Shown in pieces: positions 41,159 through 53,574 of a DNA stretch of 64,000 nucleotides. Under the pieces are notes generated by a model that was given only the letters and a program-made list of their open reading frames with translations, had not been told where the DNA came from and made no database searches. The DNA comes from Octopus sinensis. Lineage: Eukaryota. The stretch is from NCBI RefSeq assembly GCF_006345805.1, contig NC_042999.1, positions 97,960,001 to 98,024,000 of the forward strand, written 5' to 3'. Made by a program: the position numbers and the translations under genes. Numbering within the stretch: position 1 is the first letter of the stretch; each line of letters starts with the position of its first letter.

Positions 41159-41854
41159 TACATATATATATTTCCGTCTCAGATTTGAACTCCCCGTGCT
41201 CTCCTTCGTGGGATAAAAGAATGAATGACAAGATGTAATTAGGAATATGGTGTCACGTTGCACTATATCCACCGAATAAATCATATCTTATTGGCCAGTC
41301 TCAATCAAACGTTCAACAATGTGTCCTGCTGGGAAAAGTGAAGGTTGACAAGTCTGTTATACTAATTACAATACTGAGTTGCTTTCAGTTTTCAGTACAT
41401 GCATTTCTTGCTATGGCCAATAATCTATGATGGCTACAAGATCTATCGTGTTTAGAATTTTAGATATTTTAGCATAACATTTGTCTGTTTTTAATATATA
41501 AAGAATAATGTAAATTTCTTATGCGGCGTCATAGATATTTTCTTCAGAATGAGGAGCTTTCAGTCAGACTCACGGTAGAGATCATAGTGTTGCTAAGATC
41601 ATTTTTATTTTTCGGATTTCGGAGTATTTTTATATTTGCATCTATAAAATGAGAGAGGTTTCAGTCAGACTCACGGTACATCCATTTTACCCGCTTGTAC
41701 ATTTGAGAATCCCTTATCCGAAAATCATGTGATCGAAAGTGTTGCAGAAATCATTTTTTTTTTTTTATGGATTTCGGAGTATTTTTATATTTGCATCTAT
41801 AAAATGAGAGAGCTTTCGGTCCGACTCGCGGTACATCCATTTTATTCGCTGGTA

Positions 41855-42510
41855 CAGTTGAGAATCTTTTACCTGAAATTCATGTGATCGAAAGTGTTGC
41901 AGAGATCATTTCTTTCTTCGGATTTCGGAGTATTTTTATATAAAATGAAAGAGCGGGACCCAAGTGTAACCACACTATCCAATTACATTTCATAATATAG
42001 CTTATACATTATACCCTAAATGTTGTTTTATGCAAATTTTAAAGTCTTTTATACATGAGAAAGATAAGATCTCATTCTATCATGTTTTCATTAAAAAGTT
42101 ACAGTACTTGTACGCCATTTCTATTTCATATATTTTTTTACTATATTGGTAGGTTTTAAGTGTTAATGTAAGATATAGAAACAAGGCATTAAACAAGATT
42201 AAAATGGAAACTGAAAAAAAGTTAGGCCTTTACTTTTAAAGCAATGTACAAATAATAATGCTGGTCATGTGACACGTACATGGAATTAGAATTCAGATCT
42301 CTCGTAAAAATTATATGTTCTGCATACTGTAAAAAAAAAATCCTAAACAAAACATGATCACAATTCACAAACTGGAAGATAATTGCAGCCCCAAACATTA
42401 ACAACTACGCCAAGTTCGCTAAACTTGAGGGAAAGAGTGTGACATGTCACCATTCCAAAAACTTCCAACTTTTAGAAATTTTCGAATTTCGGATAAAATA
42501 TTTTCAGCTG
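41855..42510. mobile_element. Tigger/pogo-type non-autonomous element with tandemly amplified left end
   Basis: ta|CAGTTGAGAATC... and ...tttcggataaaatattttcagctg|ta; the left junction is repeated in about 155-bp units from 41555. Confidence 0.7.
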
Positions 42511-42664
42511 TATAAAGAAGTGCAGTTTCCCCGATACTCCAGTTTATGAGACGCCATCGGATCCGCTGACTTAAACTTCTAAACCTATTTGATTAGAAAA
42601 GTGGAACAAATGTGTTTAGAAACGGAATCACAACGCAGTTCGCGAAGTCTTCATTCGCCATCTT

Positions 42665-42980
42665 TACAAAACTTTTATTAACACTTTATTAAAACTGTTA
42701 CTAAATTTTTTCTTTTAAATTTTATAAAAAACTTTCATTAAGCAAGAATTAAATCATTTATTATTATGTTTATTAAATCCAATGAAATTTTTATGGTAAC
42801 GTTTTTTAAAATAATATTTTTTAAAAATTAATAATTTCATTAAACCTTTATTAAACCTGTATTATCATTTCTTAAACCCTTTTATTAAATCTTTATTAAA
42901 ACCTAATTAAAACTTCATTAAATCTTTAATAAACATTCATTAAACACTATTAAACACATTATTAAATACTTTATTAATCC
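42665..42980. repeat. Degenerate ~12-bp AT-rich minisatellite (ctttattaaa)
   Basis: Many imperfect tandem copies visible. Confidence 0.7.
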
Positions 42981-44399
42981 AACAGAAACTACTACTGCCG
43001 CCGTCCTGCCACCAACGCCTTCTTCTTCTTCTTCTTCTTCTTCTTCTTCTTCTTCTTCTTCTTCTTCTTCTGTTGTTTGTCTTTTTTTTTTTTTTTGTAA
43101 ATCGTATTATCCATTCAGTCAGTTAATTTATTCAACAAGAGTAGAATTGCATGTTCCCATGGCAGCGCCGCAACAAAAGTAAACTTTTTTGTTTTTTCCA
43201 TAGTTTCTATGTGAGAAAGAACTGTAAAGCTAGACTTGTATTTCCCGTTACAAAAGGGAATCAATCCAGTTGTTTCCTCTCATTTTCTTTTCAATACCTC
43301 ACTTAGTTTTTCTTTCATCTACTTCTTTCAGAAGTCAACTTCAAAAACACTCACTGGACTGCTCAAGAACCGACTATTTTGTTCTCATCGTGCTCTTTGC
43401 ACTCTCTTTTTCTCTTTTTCTATTCTTCTTCCCCCCTTTCTCTATTTCCCCCTCTTTCCTCCTCTCCCTCTTTCTCTCCCCTTTTCAAACCTTTCTATTG
43501 TTTTCGATCTCTTTTTAGATAAATCCTTTTTCTCTCCTCTTTTACGAAATTATTGACGCGAAATCTTTTAGTCTTTTCTTTCTCCGTTAACTTTTTCTTT
43601 CTTTTTTAAAGAATTAAATATAAAAAAAAAGGCACAAGCTTACATACAGAAAAAGAATAAAAGGAAGAAAAAAAACTACTTTCTCATCATAAAAGACAAC
43701 TGTCCCCCTTAAGAAACCCAAAGCATTCCCTTGAGAAACCATAAAGAAAAGCCACGTTGTTTTCTCCAAAATGTTGCTTTGGTGAGAGCGTGTAATTATA
43801 AAGTTGTTAAAAAATAAAATTAATGTTTGAAATAATAATGAAAACTAAGATTAGAACAACTTAAAGGTGAATAGTCTGAACAATTTTATAGACATCAGTG
43901 CAGTACTGGTACTTGATCGACTTCAAGAGGAATTGAACTTAAGGAGAGGTATTTAAATAACGCGAGTTTCTACCAGTTTTATTACTTTGATCATCCCTCT
44001 CAAAGAAAGAACCGTCGTGTTCCTGGATACTGAGCCTTCGGTTGTAATTCCTTTACATTCTGAAGAATAAAAGAAAAAATGGCGCACTAATGAAAGATAT
44101 AATAGCCTCAACAAGAAACAAAAATGCGAGTTAATTGTAATAGTTTAACAGAAAATCGAAACCTCATCACGATCATTCTTGTAAGCACCCTCTCAAACGA
44201 AAAACTGTCATGTTCCTGAATAGTGAACTTTCGGTTTTGATTCCTCTACATTCCAAGGGACAGAAAGAAAAGATTGTGGATCAAACGAGAGATGCTAATA
44301 ACTCCAATAAGAAAGATACGAATTGAGTGTGGTAGTTTAAGAAGAAATTGCATCCCAAACATACATATTTCGGATTATTAGCATATCAGGTCCTAAAGC

Positions 44400-44530
44400 G
44401 GGCATAGGCAACCTTTCTCGAGAAGCGGACCGCTCATCATTAGGTGGGCTACACTACTAAAAACTTTCGAGGCACTTCTTCGTTAGGCGTGCCATTCGCA
44501 AGTCCCGCGGGCCGTAGATTGGCCATGACT
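44400..44530. mobile_element. Possible small hAT-type MITE remnant
   Basis: ggcataggcaacct...cccgcgggccgtagattggccatg resembles hAT/Charlie MITE ends; TSD not clear. Confidence 0.4.
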
Positions 44531-45031
44531 TCATTTTCTTAACTGAGCTGTTCCCAGTTTCAATCCTAAAGCAATTATCAAAAGTTTTCAACTAATTTCT
44601 GGTGGGGAAACTAGTTTTGTCGTAGCTACCGACTGATAATATACGAGTGTCATTTCCGGCAAGTACCCAAGGACTTGGTTGCTGTATGTAGCAATAATCA
44701 GTGCATGGCATACCAAGCAGCTGTCCAGTGGTTTACACGGGTCAAAGAACCCAATGCTAATCTATGTATACAGTGGTTTGCAGTCAGTAAATAAATAAGC
44801 CCCAGTACATTGCTTTGATCGGAAGAGTATAAAGTTTTTAAAACGGCTCTGCAAACAATGCAATGTCTGTCGAACTAAATAGCAAAGGGCGTGCCATTGT
44901 ATTCTACAAATACCTTATTAACCAAACGGAGAGAAAGAAGGTTAAATGATTGCTCGACCAGCTAGAAACAGCAGTCAAAACCATATTAAACTACATCAAA
45001 ACAAATATAATATATATTATGTGTATGTATA

Positions 45032-45118
<87 letters not shown>

Positions 45119-45520
45119 ATATATATATATATATATATATACATACACATACATAGAGGTATAGCAAAAGGGAGGAGGGCAAATGGTTGGGAGTAGGGTG
45201 GGCTAGGAGTCGCCCTACTGTGCAGGTGTGAAAGGGCGCAAAATACCCTTTGGTCTATAACGCCTATTGAAGTGGGTTGGTGTGTGTGTGTGTGTGGGGG
45301 GGGGTATGTGTGTGTGCCAAAAGTGCATTTGCCTTCGTGTAAATATATATATACACTGCTACACTAGTGTATATACAAGATATATGCATATAATACGCGC
45401 GCACACATCACACACACATACATATACCTATGTAAACATACATATACACATGTAAACATACATACACAGATACATGTATGTATGTATGTATGTATGTATG
45501 TATGTATCTATCTATCTATC

Positions 45521-45603
<83 letters not shown>

Positions 45604-47076
45604 TTATATATATATGCACACGCACGATTTGAATGAGCCTAAGAACAGATGAGACCTGAAGATGCAGTCAACCCATGTACAGTAAATTTAACTGAAGTTA
45701 AGTAAATGCTATTTATACCTTAAAAACATAAAAAATGTGTCTGTGTGTATTTATGCCCACGTACGTGTGCATGTGTGTATGTCTGTCATTCTCTGTGTGC
45801 GTGTGTATGTATATATATGTGTGCATGTGTGCGTATGTGTATATGTATATATGCTCACACATACACATGAACGCACACACACACAAATATATATTTAAAT
45901 TTCAAATTTGAAGGTCCAACTGTTGAAAATACCTAAGGCTCTTTGATTTTCTATGGTATGTACATTTTTAGAACTAACATTCACAGACTCGTGAAAACGA
46001 TCTCAGGTAGATAGAAAGCTGTACTAAACTAGCATATAAAGGTGTTTGTTTTTTAGGTCTAGCTCATCCCTGATCGAACAGAACTATGGTCAAAGGCACC
46101 AATCATGATCATCCTTCATTATTTAGTCATAATGTATCTGGAGATAGATCATGAATTGTTTTCTGCCGATTTCAAGAGGGTCGGATATATATATGGTGGA
46201 CTCTCTCATCGAAGACGATGAATGAGGGTTCAGTAAATAACCTTCAACAATTCTTAAGCCTTGTGACACCCAAGAGCAAGTAAGCAATGTTTAGGTCATT
46301 TTTTTATAGACCCTCTCCTCATGAAGAGGAAAGCAGTGCCATTCTAAAAAGGGCTGCTTTGTTATGAAAGGAGTACACGAGTCACACAATTACTTGCGTG
46401 TGTTGTGCAAAACGGCCATCTACCTTCAACCATCTATGTGCAATATTCATGTTAGGAATTACCAGTGACATCCTTCACCTGTTCCCGTCACAATCCCATC
46501 ATTGCCATAGGATTTAATAATAAAAAAAAAGCACACATCGATGCGCCAAACCTCAGGTGTTATTGAGTGAAAATGGTTTACTGGACAACCGGCACTTTGA
46601 CTTGTTTAAAGTGGTCATTGCTTGTGCTGCACAAAGCACACTCTCTCCATCGAATTATCATGGTCTGTACAGGTGCACGGTGTGCCACACGTCAGATGAT
46701 AAAACGATCGCAGGATTTTCTTGTAAGAGTGTTCCGTCTCCTAGATCAGTTGTGAGACTCAACACTAAAGGGTCTGATCCACACTGGTAGGCTATCTGCG
46801 CGCCTGGGCACCATACCAGGTATTTCTAGGTCCTCGCGCAAACACATTTATTGGATGGCCGTCGACTTTCAAGAGTTCCTCCGCCCTTCGACGGGTTTTG
46901 TTTTTCATCCCGCGGGGTGTCGAATAAACACCCTCCTCACCAAGCAAATTTGGTGGGGTTGCCGGTTTAGTCGCCGACGGTCCGACCATGCAACAGGTTG
47001 TGCTGGGTTACATGTTACCGGTAGCACTCGAAAGTGACCTGACATAGGATATTATATATATATATATATATATATA

Positions 47077-47246
47077 GGAGTAGGAGTGGGTGCGTGATAA
47101 GTAGCTTGCTTACAAACCACATGGTTCCGGGTTCAGTCCCACTGCGTGGCACGTTGGGCAACTATCTTCTACTATAACCTCGGGCCGACCAAAGTCTTGT
47201 GAGTGGATTTGGTAGATGGAAACTGAAAGAAACCCGTCGTATACAG

Positions 47247-47277
<31 letters not shown>

Positions 47278-47500
47278 ATGTGTGTGTGTGTGAGTGTATG
47301 TTTGTGTGTCCGTGTTTGGCTCCCCAGCATCGCTTGACAACCGATGCTGGTGTGTTTACGTCCTCGTAACTTAGCGGTTCAGCAAAAGAGGCCGATAGAA
47401 TAAGTACTAGGCTTACAAAGAATAAGTCCTAGGGTCGATTTGCTTGACTAAAGGCCGTGCTCCAGCATGGCCACTGTCAAATGACTGAAAAGAGTAAAAG
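47077..47500 (+). mobile_element. SINE family A, full length
   Basis: Best-preserved copy: head, internal (TA)n(TG)n and tail. Confidence 0.9.
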
Positions 47501-47599
47501 TAAATATATATATAAATAACTGAGATTCAGATGAATTAGATACTTAAGTTGAAGCACCAAATCAGTGTGGTATTATCCGCACAACTCAAAGTGAGGTGA

Positions 47600-47708
47600 A
47601 TAAAATCAAAATAAGCAATAGGATATCAAGAGGTGATGCAGTACGCTTGAAACGGCCGTACTGCATCACCTCTTGATATCCTGTTGCTTATTTTCTTATT
47701 TTGATTTA
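47600..47708. repeat. Fold-back palindrome with hammerhead 3' half in the loop
   Basis: Arms aataagcaataggatatcaagaggtgatgcagtacg and cgtactgcatcacctcttgatatcctgttgcttatt; the centre holds GAAACGGCCGTA. Confidence 0.8.
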
Positions 47709-47721
47709 TATATATATATAT

Positions 47722-48128
47722 ATATATTTGTAAAAAAGAAGTTTGAAAACGCTACTATATTAGATAAATTTTAATATTCTTATGAATTTTACATGTTTCG
47801 GTTCTTGAAAAAACGAACCTTATCAAAAATATTATAAAAGTGCAATAGAAAAGTTCATAATTGTTTCTTACTGGTCTCAATAGAATCCATGTGGTGGTGT
47901 TTTGTCGGTAGTTGGTATAATATAGCGATTATACCAACTACCGACAAAACACCACCACATGGATTCTATTGAGACCAGTAAGAAACAATTATGAACTTTT
48001 CTATTGCACTTTTTATAATATTTTTGATAAGGTTCGTTTTTTCAAGAACCGAAACATGTAAAATTCATAAGAAAATTAAAATTTATCTAATATAGTGGCG
48101 TTTTCAAACTTTTTTTTACAAATATATA
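47722..48128. repeat. ~400-bp near-perfect inverted repeat (about 200-bp arms, 6-nt loop)
   Basis: Loop atagcg at 47922-47927; only a few mismatches; (TA)n flanks. Confidence 0.95.
48020..48064 (+). ncRNA. Type I hammerhead-like motif (core UUGAUAA, U3:A8)
   Basis: attt-TTGATAA-GGTTC gttttttcaa GAACC-GAAAC AT GTA-aaat; mirrored on the minus strand at 47786-47830. Confidence 0.65.
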
Positions 48129-48149
48129 CCCACTCGTATATGATCTACT

Positions 48150-48197
<48 letters not shown>

Positions 48198-48210
48198 ATT
48201 ATATATATAT

Positions 48211-48322
48211 GGTCGGTCCAGAGATATTGTAGAAGACACTTGTTCGGAGTACCACGTAGTGGAACTGAACCCTGAACCATGTGTTTTGGAATCAAACATC
48301 TTACCACACAGCCACACCTGCA
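48211..48322 (-). mobile_element. SINE family A head
   Basis: cttaccacacagccacacctgca is the reverse complement of the family A 5' end. Confidence 0.75.
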
Positions 48323-48534
48323 TCTTTATGCTCAAAAGAACATCAACCATATTAACAGCTGTCTTTTGAGGAGTATCTGGAAATATATTAATGTGTCGTT
48401 CTTTTATTTTAAGTTGGCAGGAGAATAATTTGAATGTTATCTGCTGCTACTTTTGAAAGTCCAGCTACTTTTGAGGGTAGCGGCGAAGAGAGAGAGAGAG
48501 AAAGAGAGAGATAGAGAGAATGAGAGAAAGATAT

Positions 48535-48633
<99 letters not shown>

Positions 48634-48658
48634 GAGAGAGAGGAGGAGAGAGAGAGAG

Positions 48659-48690
<32 letters not shown>

Positions 48691-48832
48691 GATAGAGAGA
48701 GAGAGAGAGGAGAGAGAGAGAGAAATGATGTACAACTTTTCTGGACAGAAATTCCTGTGGCTAGTATACTGACCCAACTACTGAACACTATCAGTTTTGT
48801 TTTACTTTTGCTTTCTCTAATACATACATACA

Positions 48833-48868
<36 letters not shown>

Positions 48869-48914
48869 TGCATACATACATGCATATATATATTTATATA
48901 TATATGTGTGAGTG

Positions 48915-48958
<44 letters not shown>

Positions 48959-49627
48959 CATAAACATATATATATACACAAACACACATGTATATGTATA
49001 AAATATACTTTAATTGAAATGCATTTTCCCCAAAGTTAAACATATCTAATATAATAAATGTGAATGTCAGTGTGTCAGTGTGTCATACTTTTTCATCTTT
49101 AATCCTAGAGGCCGTACACAAACATATCATAACAATTTAGAAGCAGGCTAACTCTGCAAGTAAATTAAAAACCATTCCGGACCGAATCCGGACCTGCAAT
49201 CGTGAAATTTTGCATTCCTATATTTTCATTACTCCGATTGTTTTCGACAATTTTTTTTTACATGATTTTTAGCGACGAATATGATCATCATTGGGATATG
49301 ACTCTGGAGGGAGCAATTGCAATAAATTCTCCAAAACAAGTCAAGAGATCTGTTTGCCCAATAGGGTGGCTTTTAAACAGTCTTACTAAGCAGCCATGTT
49401 TCTTTTAACGATCATGCAGCCAAGCTGCAAACATCAATCACTCTGTTGTTCATCAGGAACATCAAGAACGAGATAGAATATCTAGGATAAAAATTATTTT
49501 CATTGGTGGGTAATGTTTTGTTATCGCCATTGGAAAAGCCAAGGCTTCAAGTGATTGGCTAAAATATTTTGCACACAAAGACAAATACGAACACAGACAC
49601 ACAAACTCTCTCACACACACACACACA

Positions 49628-49688
<61 letters not shown>

Positions 49689-49772
49689 CTTTAATATGTG
49701 TGTGCGTGTATGTGTGTATGTGCATATATACAAATACATGCATGTATAAGATACATACATACATACAGACAC

Positions 49773-49820
<48 letters not shown>

Positions 49821-50167
49821 ACACACACATATATATATATATATAAGATAAAACTTACTTGGAAGTGGATGCGTGGCGTTCCATCATATAATAACAAAAT
49901 AATAAATAAAACATATGCATATATACATACATATATGTACGTACCTACATCTATGTTGTTTAAAAAAAATATCCGTTTCCTTGGTTTTGTTTTTATGTTT
50001 TCGTTTCTCATTGTGTTCGATGTTTTTTGGTGTCCTGTACCCATATATGCATGTATAAATACATATAGATCTAGGTACGTACATATATGTATGTATATAT
50101 ACATATGTTTTATTTACTATTTTATTATTAATATATATATATATATATACAAATGTATGTGTATATA

Positions 50168-50207
<40 letters not shown>

Positions 50208-50249
50208 CATATATATATATATATATATAATAATATATATATATATATC

Positions 50250-50304
<55 letters not shown>

Positions 50305-50589
50305 CGCAGCTCTGAGCTGAAACTAGAAAAAAAATATATAATATATATATATACATACATATCGTTAACATTTTTTAAAAATTTTCATTCGTAATGCACA
50401 CACTCGGAAGTTTAGGATAATTTGAAATGTCAAATAAGATACCGTTAAACTAGAGGTTTAAAATGTTGGCACCGAGCCAGCAGTTGTGAGGTGAGAGAAA
50501 AGTCGGTTACATCGACCCCTTTACTTGATTGGTGCCTATTTTATCGACTCAGAAAGGATGAAAGGTCTTGTCGACCTCGGCGGAATATA

Positions 50590-51206
50590 GAGGATTGGTG
50601 GAGGGGAGGTGCGACAACTTTCTCGAGCAGAATCTGGGCGTTGACGAGGAACACCTGACCCGCCTGTCCAGTATAACTTTCGGGCCGGGGCCTATGGACA
50701 ATCACCAGAGATCCCTGGCCTGGCAGTACTATCGAGAGGCCTTATTACTCGTTCGGGATAAACTCTACAGGCACGGTTCGAGACACACCGGACAGACTTG
50801 TCTGAGATAGGGTCAGAGCGACGAAACCGTTCTGCGCGCACTCGTGCAGTATGCAACCATTATGCCGAACGGCTGCCGTCACGTGTGGGACGAGTTCGCC
50901 TGTCGGCCGAGTCTATCATGAAAATTGCTTCGCCACCGTCCTTTAACCGGGAAGGCAAGGCATCTTCATCGTAGTGGTGGCCATGGTGAAAGAATGTGTG
51001 TGGTGAACTCGAGCGAAAGGTTTAGAGACAAACACTTACTCCTCTGGTCAATCGCTCATCATCTTTTTCAAGTACCATTTGAAAAGGAAGGTGAGAATAG
51101 AGAGGCAACTTTTGTCTAGTGAAAGTTTCAATAAAAGGTGGATGAATGTAGCAAAGATGGTGCGTGCGAGTGATGAAGCCACTTTGAGCATGATCCTGTA
51201 AATCGA

Positions 51207-51237
<31 letters not shown>

Positions 51238-51549
51238 AGGCAGACAGACAGAGAGAGAGAGAGAGACAGACAGACAGAGAGAGCACTTTGCTCTCTTGTG
51301 TTTATTCCCTCCCTGCCTGAGGTTACCGTGGACGTTTCCGTAGGCTTTTCTTTCTACTGATAAACCTAATCTTGCTTTTTACACTTTTAAAATTTTCTGT
51401 GATACACGATCCCTTTTGATCATTATTTTTTCTCACGATCCCTTTTGATCGGAATTTTATTTTTCTCCTTTTTTCTATTATCGAAAATAAAAGATCTACA
51501 TTGTATTTTGTCTCTTCTGTGTTCGGCCCTGTGTGGATAATAAAGAAAC

Positions 51550-51550
<1 letters not shown>
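50590..51550 (+). mobile_element. Tx1/L1-like LINE 3' fragment ending at (TATC)n
   Basis: SLAWQYYREALLLVRDKLYRHG..TCLR*GQSDETVLRALVQ (decayed zinc knuckle), KECVW, FFKYHLKRKVRIER; the 3' UTR ends aataaagaaact then (TATC)n. It truncates a SINE B copy at 50453-50586. Confidence 0.7.
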
Positions 51551-51646
<96 letters not shown>

Positions 51647-51715
51647 GCTGTCTGTCTAACTAGCTAGCTCTGTATGTATATATATATATATATATTATAT
51701 ATATATATATATATT

Positions 51716-51776
<61 letters not shown>

Positions 51777-51788
51777 CATATATATACA

Positions 51789-51834
<46 letters not shown>

Positions 51835-51884
51835 AATATAATTTATTATTAAAGCTGCAAAACACAAAAAAGTATCACAAAAGC

Positions 51885-51921
51885 TACTACTCAGTGTTTC
51901 GCGTTCCCGTTCGTCAGGTGG
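51885..51921 (-). ncRNA. Hammerhead-like motif with canonical CUGACGA core, same family as 9785
   Basis: Minus strand ccac-CTGACGA-acgggaacgc-GAAACACTGAGTA-gtag; stems imperfect. Confidence 0.5.
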
Positions 51922-52121
51922 AAACTATAAGAATTAACCCAAGAACTGAAAATTATAAAAGCAGTTATTATTAATTCAGATAAAGCAAGAAACTTTATAA
52001 CATAGATATTAATTTATGTCATAAATCATATATAAATAAATTACAAAAAATATACGATAGTTCTTAATAGCACCCTTAAATAATAAATGCGCTCTTTTAA
52101 AATTTCTGTGGCGTATGTGTT

Positions 52122-52305
52122 CCCCAGCTGGACGGGACGCCAGTCCATCGCTGCGTTACTCATTTTTGCCTGCTGAGTGAACTGGAGCAACGTGAAATGA
52201 AGTGTTTTGCTCAAGAACACAACGCGTCACCCGGTCCAGGAATCGAAACCACAATCTTACGTTCATGATGCTGATACCCCTAACCACTAACCCAACGCGC
52301 CTCCA
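52122..52305 (-). mobile_element. SINE family D
   Basis: Minus strand tggaggcgcgttgggttagtggttagggg...ggtttcgattcctggacc (Pol III A and B boxes). Confidence 0.8.
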
Positions 52306-52319
52306 CAATAGTATCCTTA

Positions 52320-52535
52320 GATAGATTAATCTAGAGGCTAAAAAAATTATGGAAAATTATAATATAGACGATAAAACAGAACTATTAATACTTTGTAGAC
52401 CACGGATTACACTTAAAGATCATGAGGAGAATTTTCATAATGATACAAAAGGTTAGATTAATCTGTCCTAATAAATCTGATTTATGTAAACTTAGCAAGA
52501 TAATTTTAAATAAATATATACCGATCTTGAAAAAT
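52320..52535 (+). mobile_element. Naiad-type Penelope RT N-terminal fragment
   Basis: ITLKDHEENF and VRLICPNKSDLCKLSKIIL resemble the TLKDHK / RLINP.KS..SK.IL motifs. Confidence 0.55.
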
Positions 52536-53574
52536 GACGGGAACCCTCATCATCGTAACCGACGGAGTGCCACGACATATCCATACATAAATCGTTCTCA
52601 TATGCGAATGCAAGTAAATAGCTTATAAGCTATGGTATTCAGTTCAAAACTTGTGCAAATGTGTGTATGTACGCGCGTGGTAATGGAGTGTGAGAACGGA
52701 GAGAGAAGAAGGCCTCGGCCACATGAGAATAAATTTATGCTTACATTCACTCATTGGTCAATCCCTTCATTTCTTCTGCGGCCTACATCGACTATTTTAT
52801 TGACGATAGTATTTTTGCTGTCGTTTGATGATTGTATTGATGTTGATAATGATAATGATAATGCGATGTTCTAGTGATATTGGTGCCGTTGTGGTTGTTG
52901 TTGTTTAATTCTTGGTCACTCCTCATCGAGTAGGTTACGATAAAAGGCAACATTTCCCACCAACCCTTTTATTCTTAGGGGACTCTTGAGTTACATTCCA
53001 CGTCTCAGGGATTCTCGAAGAAATGAGTATTCTTACACACACACGCGCCCACAGACAGATAGACACACACATACACACACACACACACAAACACGCATGT
53101 ATGTATGTATATGTTTTCGCTTTAATAAATATTAGATATCATAAGAGATTATACAAATCATAAAACTGTCTTTGAAAAGTTTGTCAGTGCTAATTCCATA
53201 TGGCACCACTAAAAAGGTTTTAAGAGATTTCATCTGAACCAAGGCTATGTTGAGACAAAATTCCCTTGCGATTCCCAAGAGGTAATTTTTTCCTCGTGAA
53301 ATCTTCGTACTAGAGAGATGCCCGCATTTCCAATATACCCTTGGTGTATAATAAAATTAAGAATATAGAACGGCATAAAAATTACTCAAAAATGCATTTG
53401 TATATTATAAACCCCGTTAATATTATTTCACAGGGAACAAGAAACGTTTCGTCGTAGATCTCTACAATTCCCATGAACTTCAGTTCGAAAACGCTGATGT
53501 AAGATGTTGTTTGTCCATCCTCATCTGTTTTCTATGTACAAAGGGACTGCATTTTCCAATGAGTAAATTCATTA

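Noticed and set aside
41555-41950. Repeated units that could suggest a CRISPR array
   Set aside because: They are tandem copies of a transposon junction with no unique spacers or cas genes, in a eukaryotic context.
49044-49450. Helitron-like 5' start (atctaatataata..gtcagtgtgtcagtgtgtc)
   Set aside because: No 3' hairpin plus CTRR end was found.
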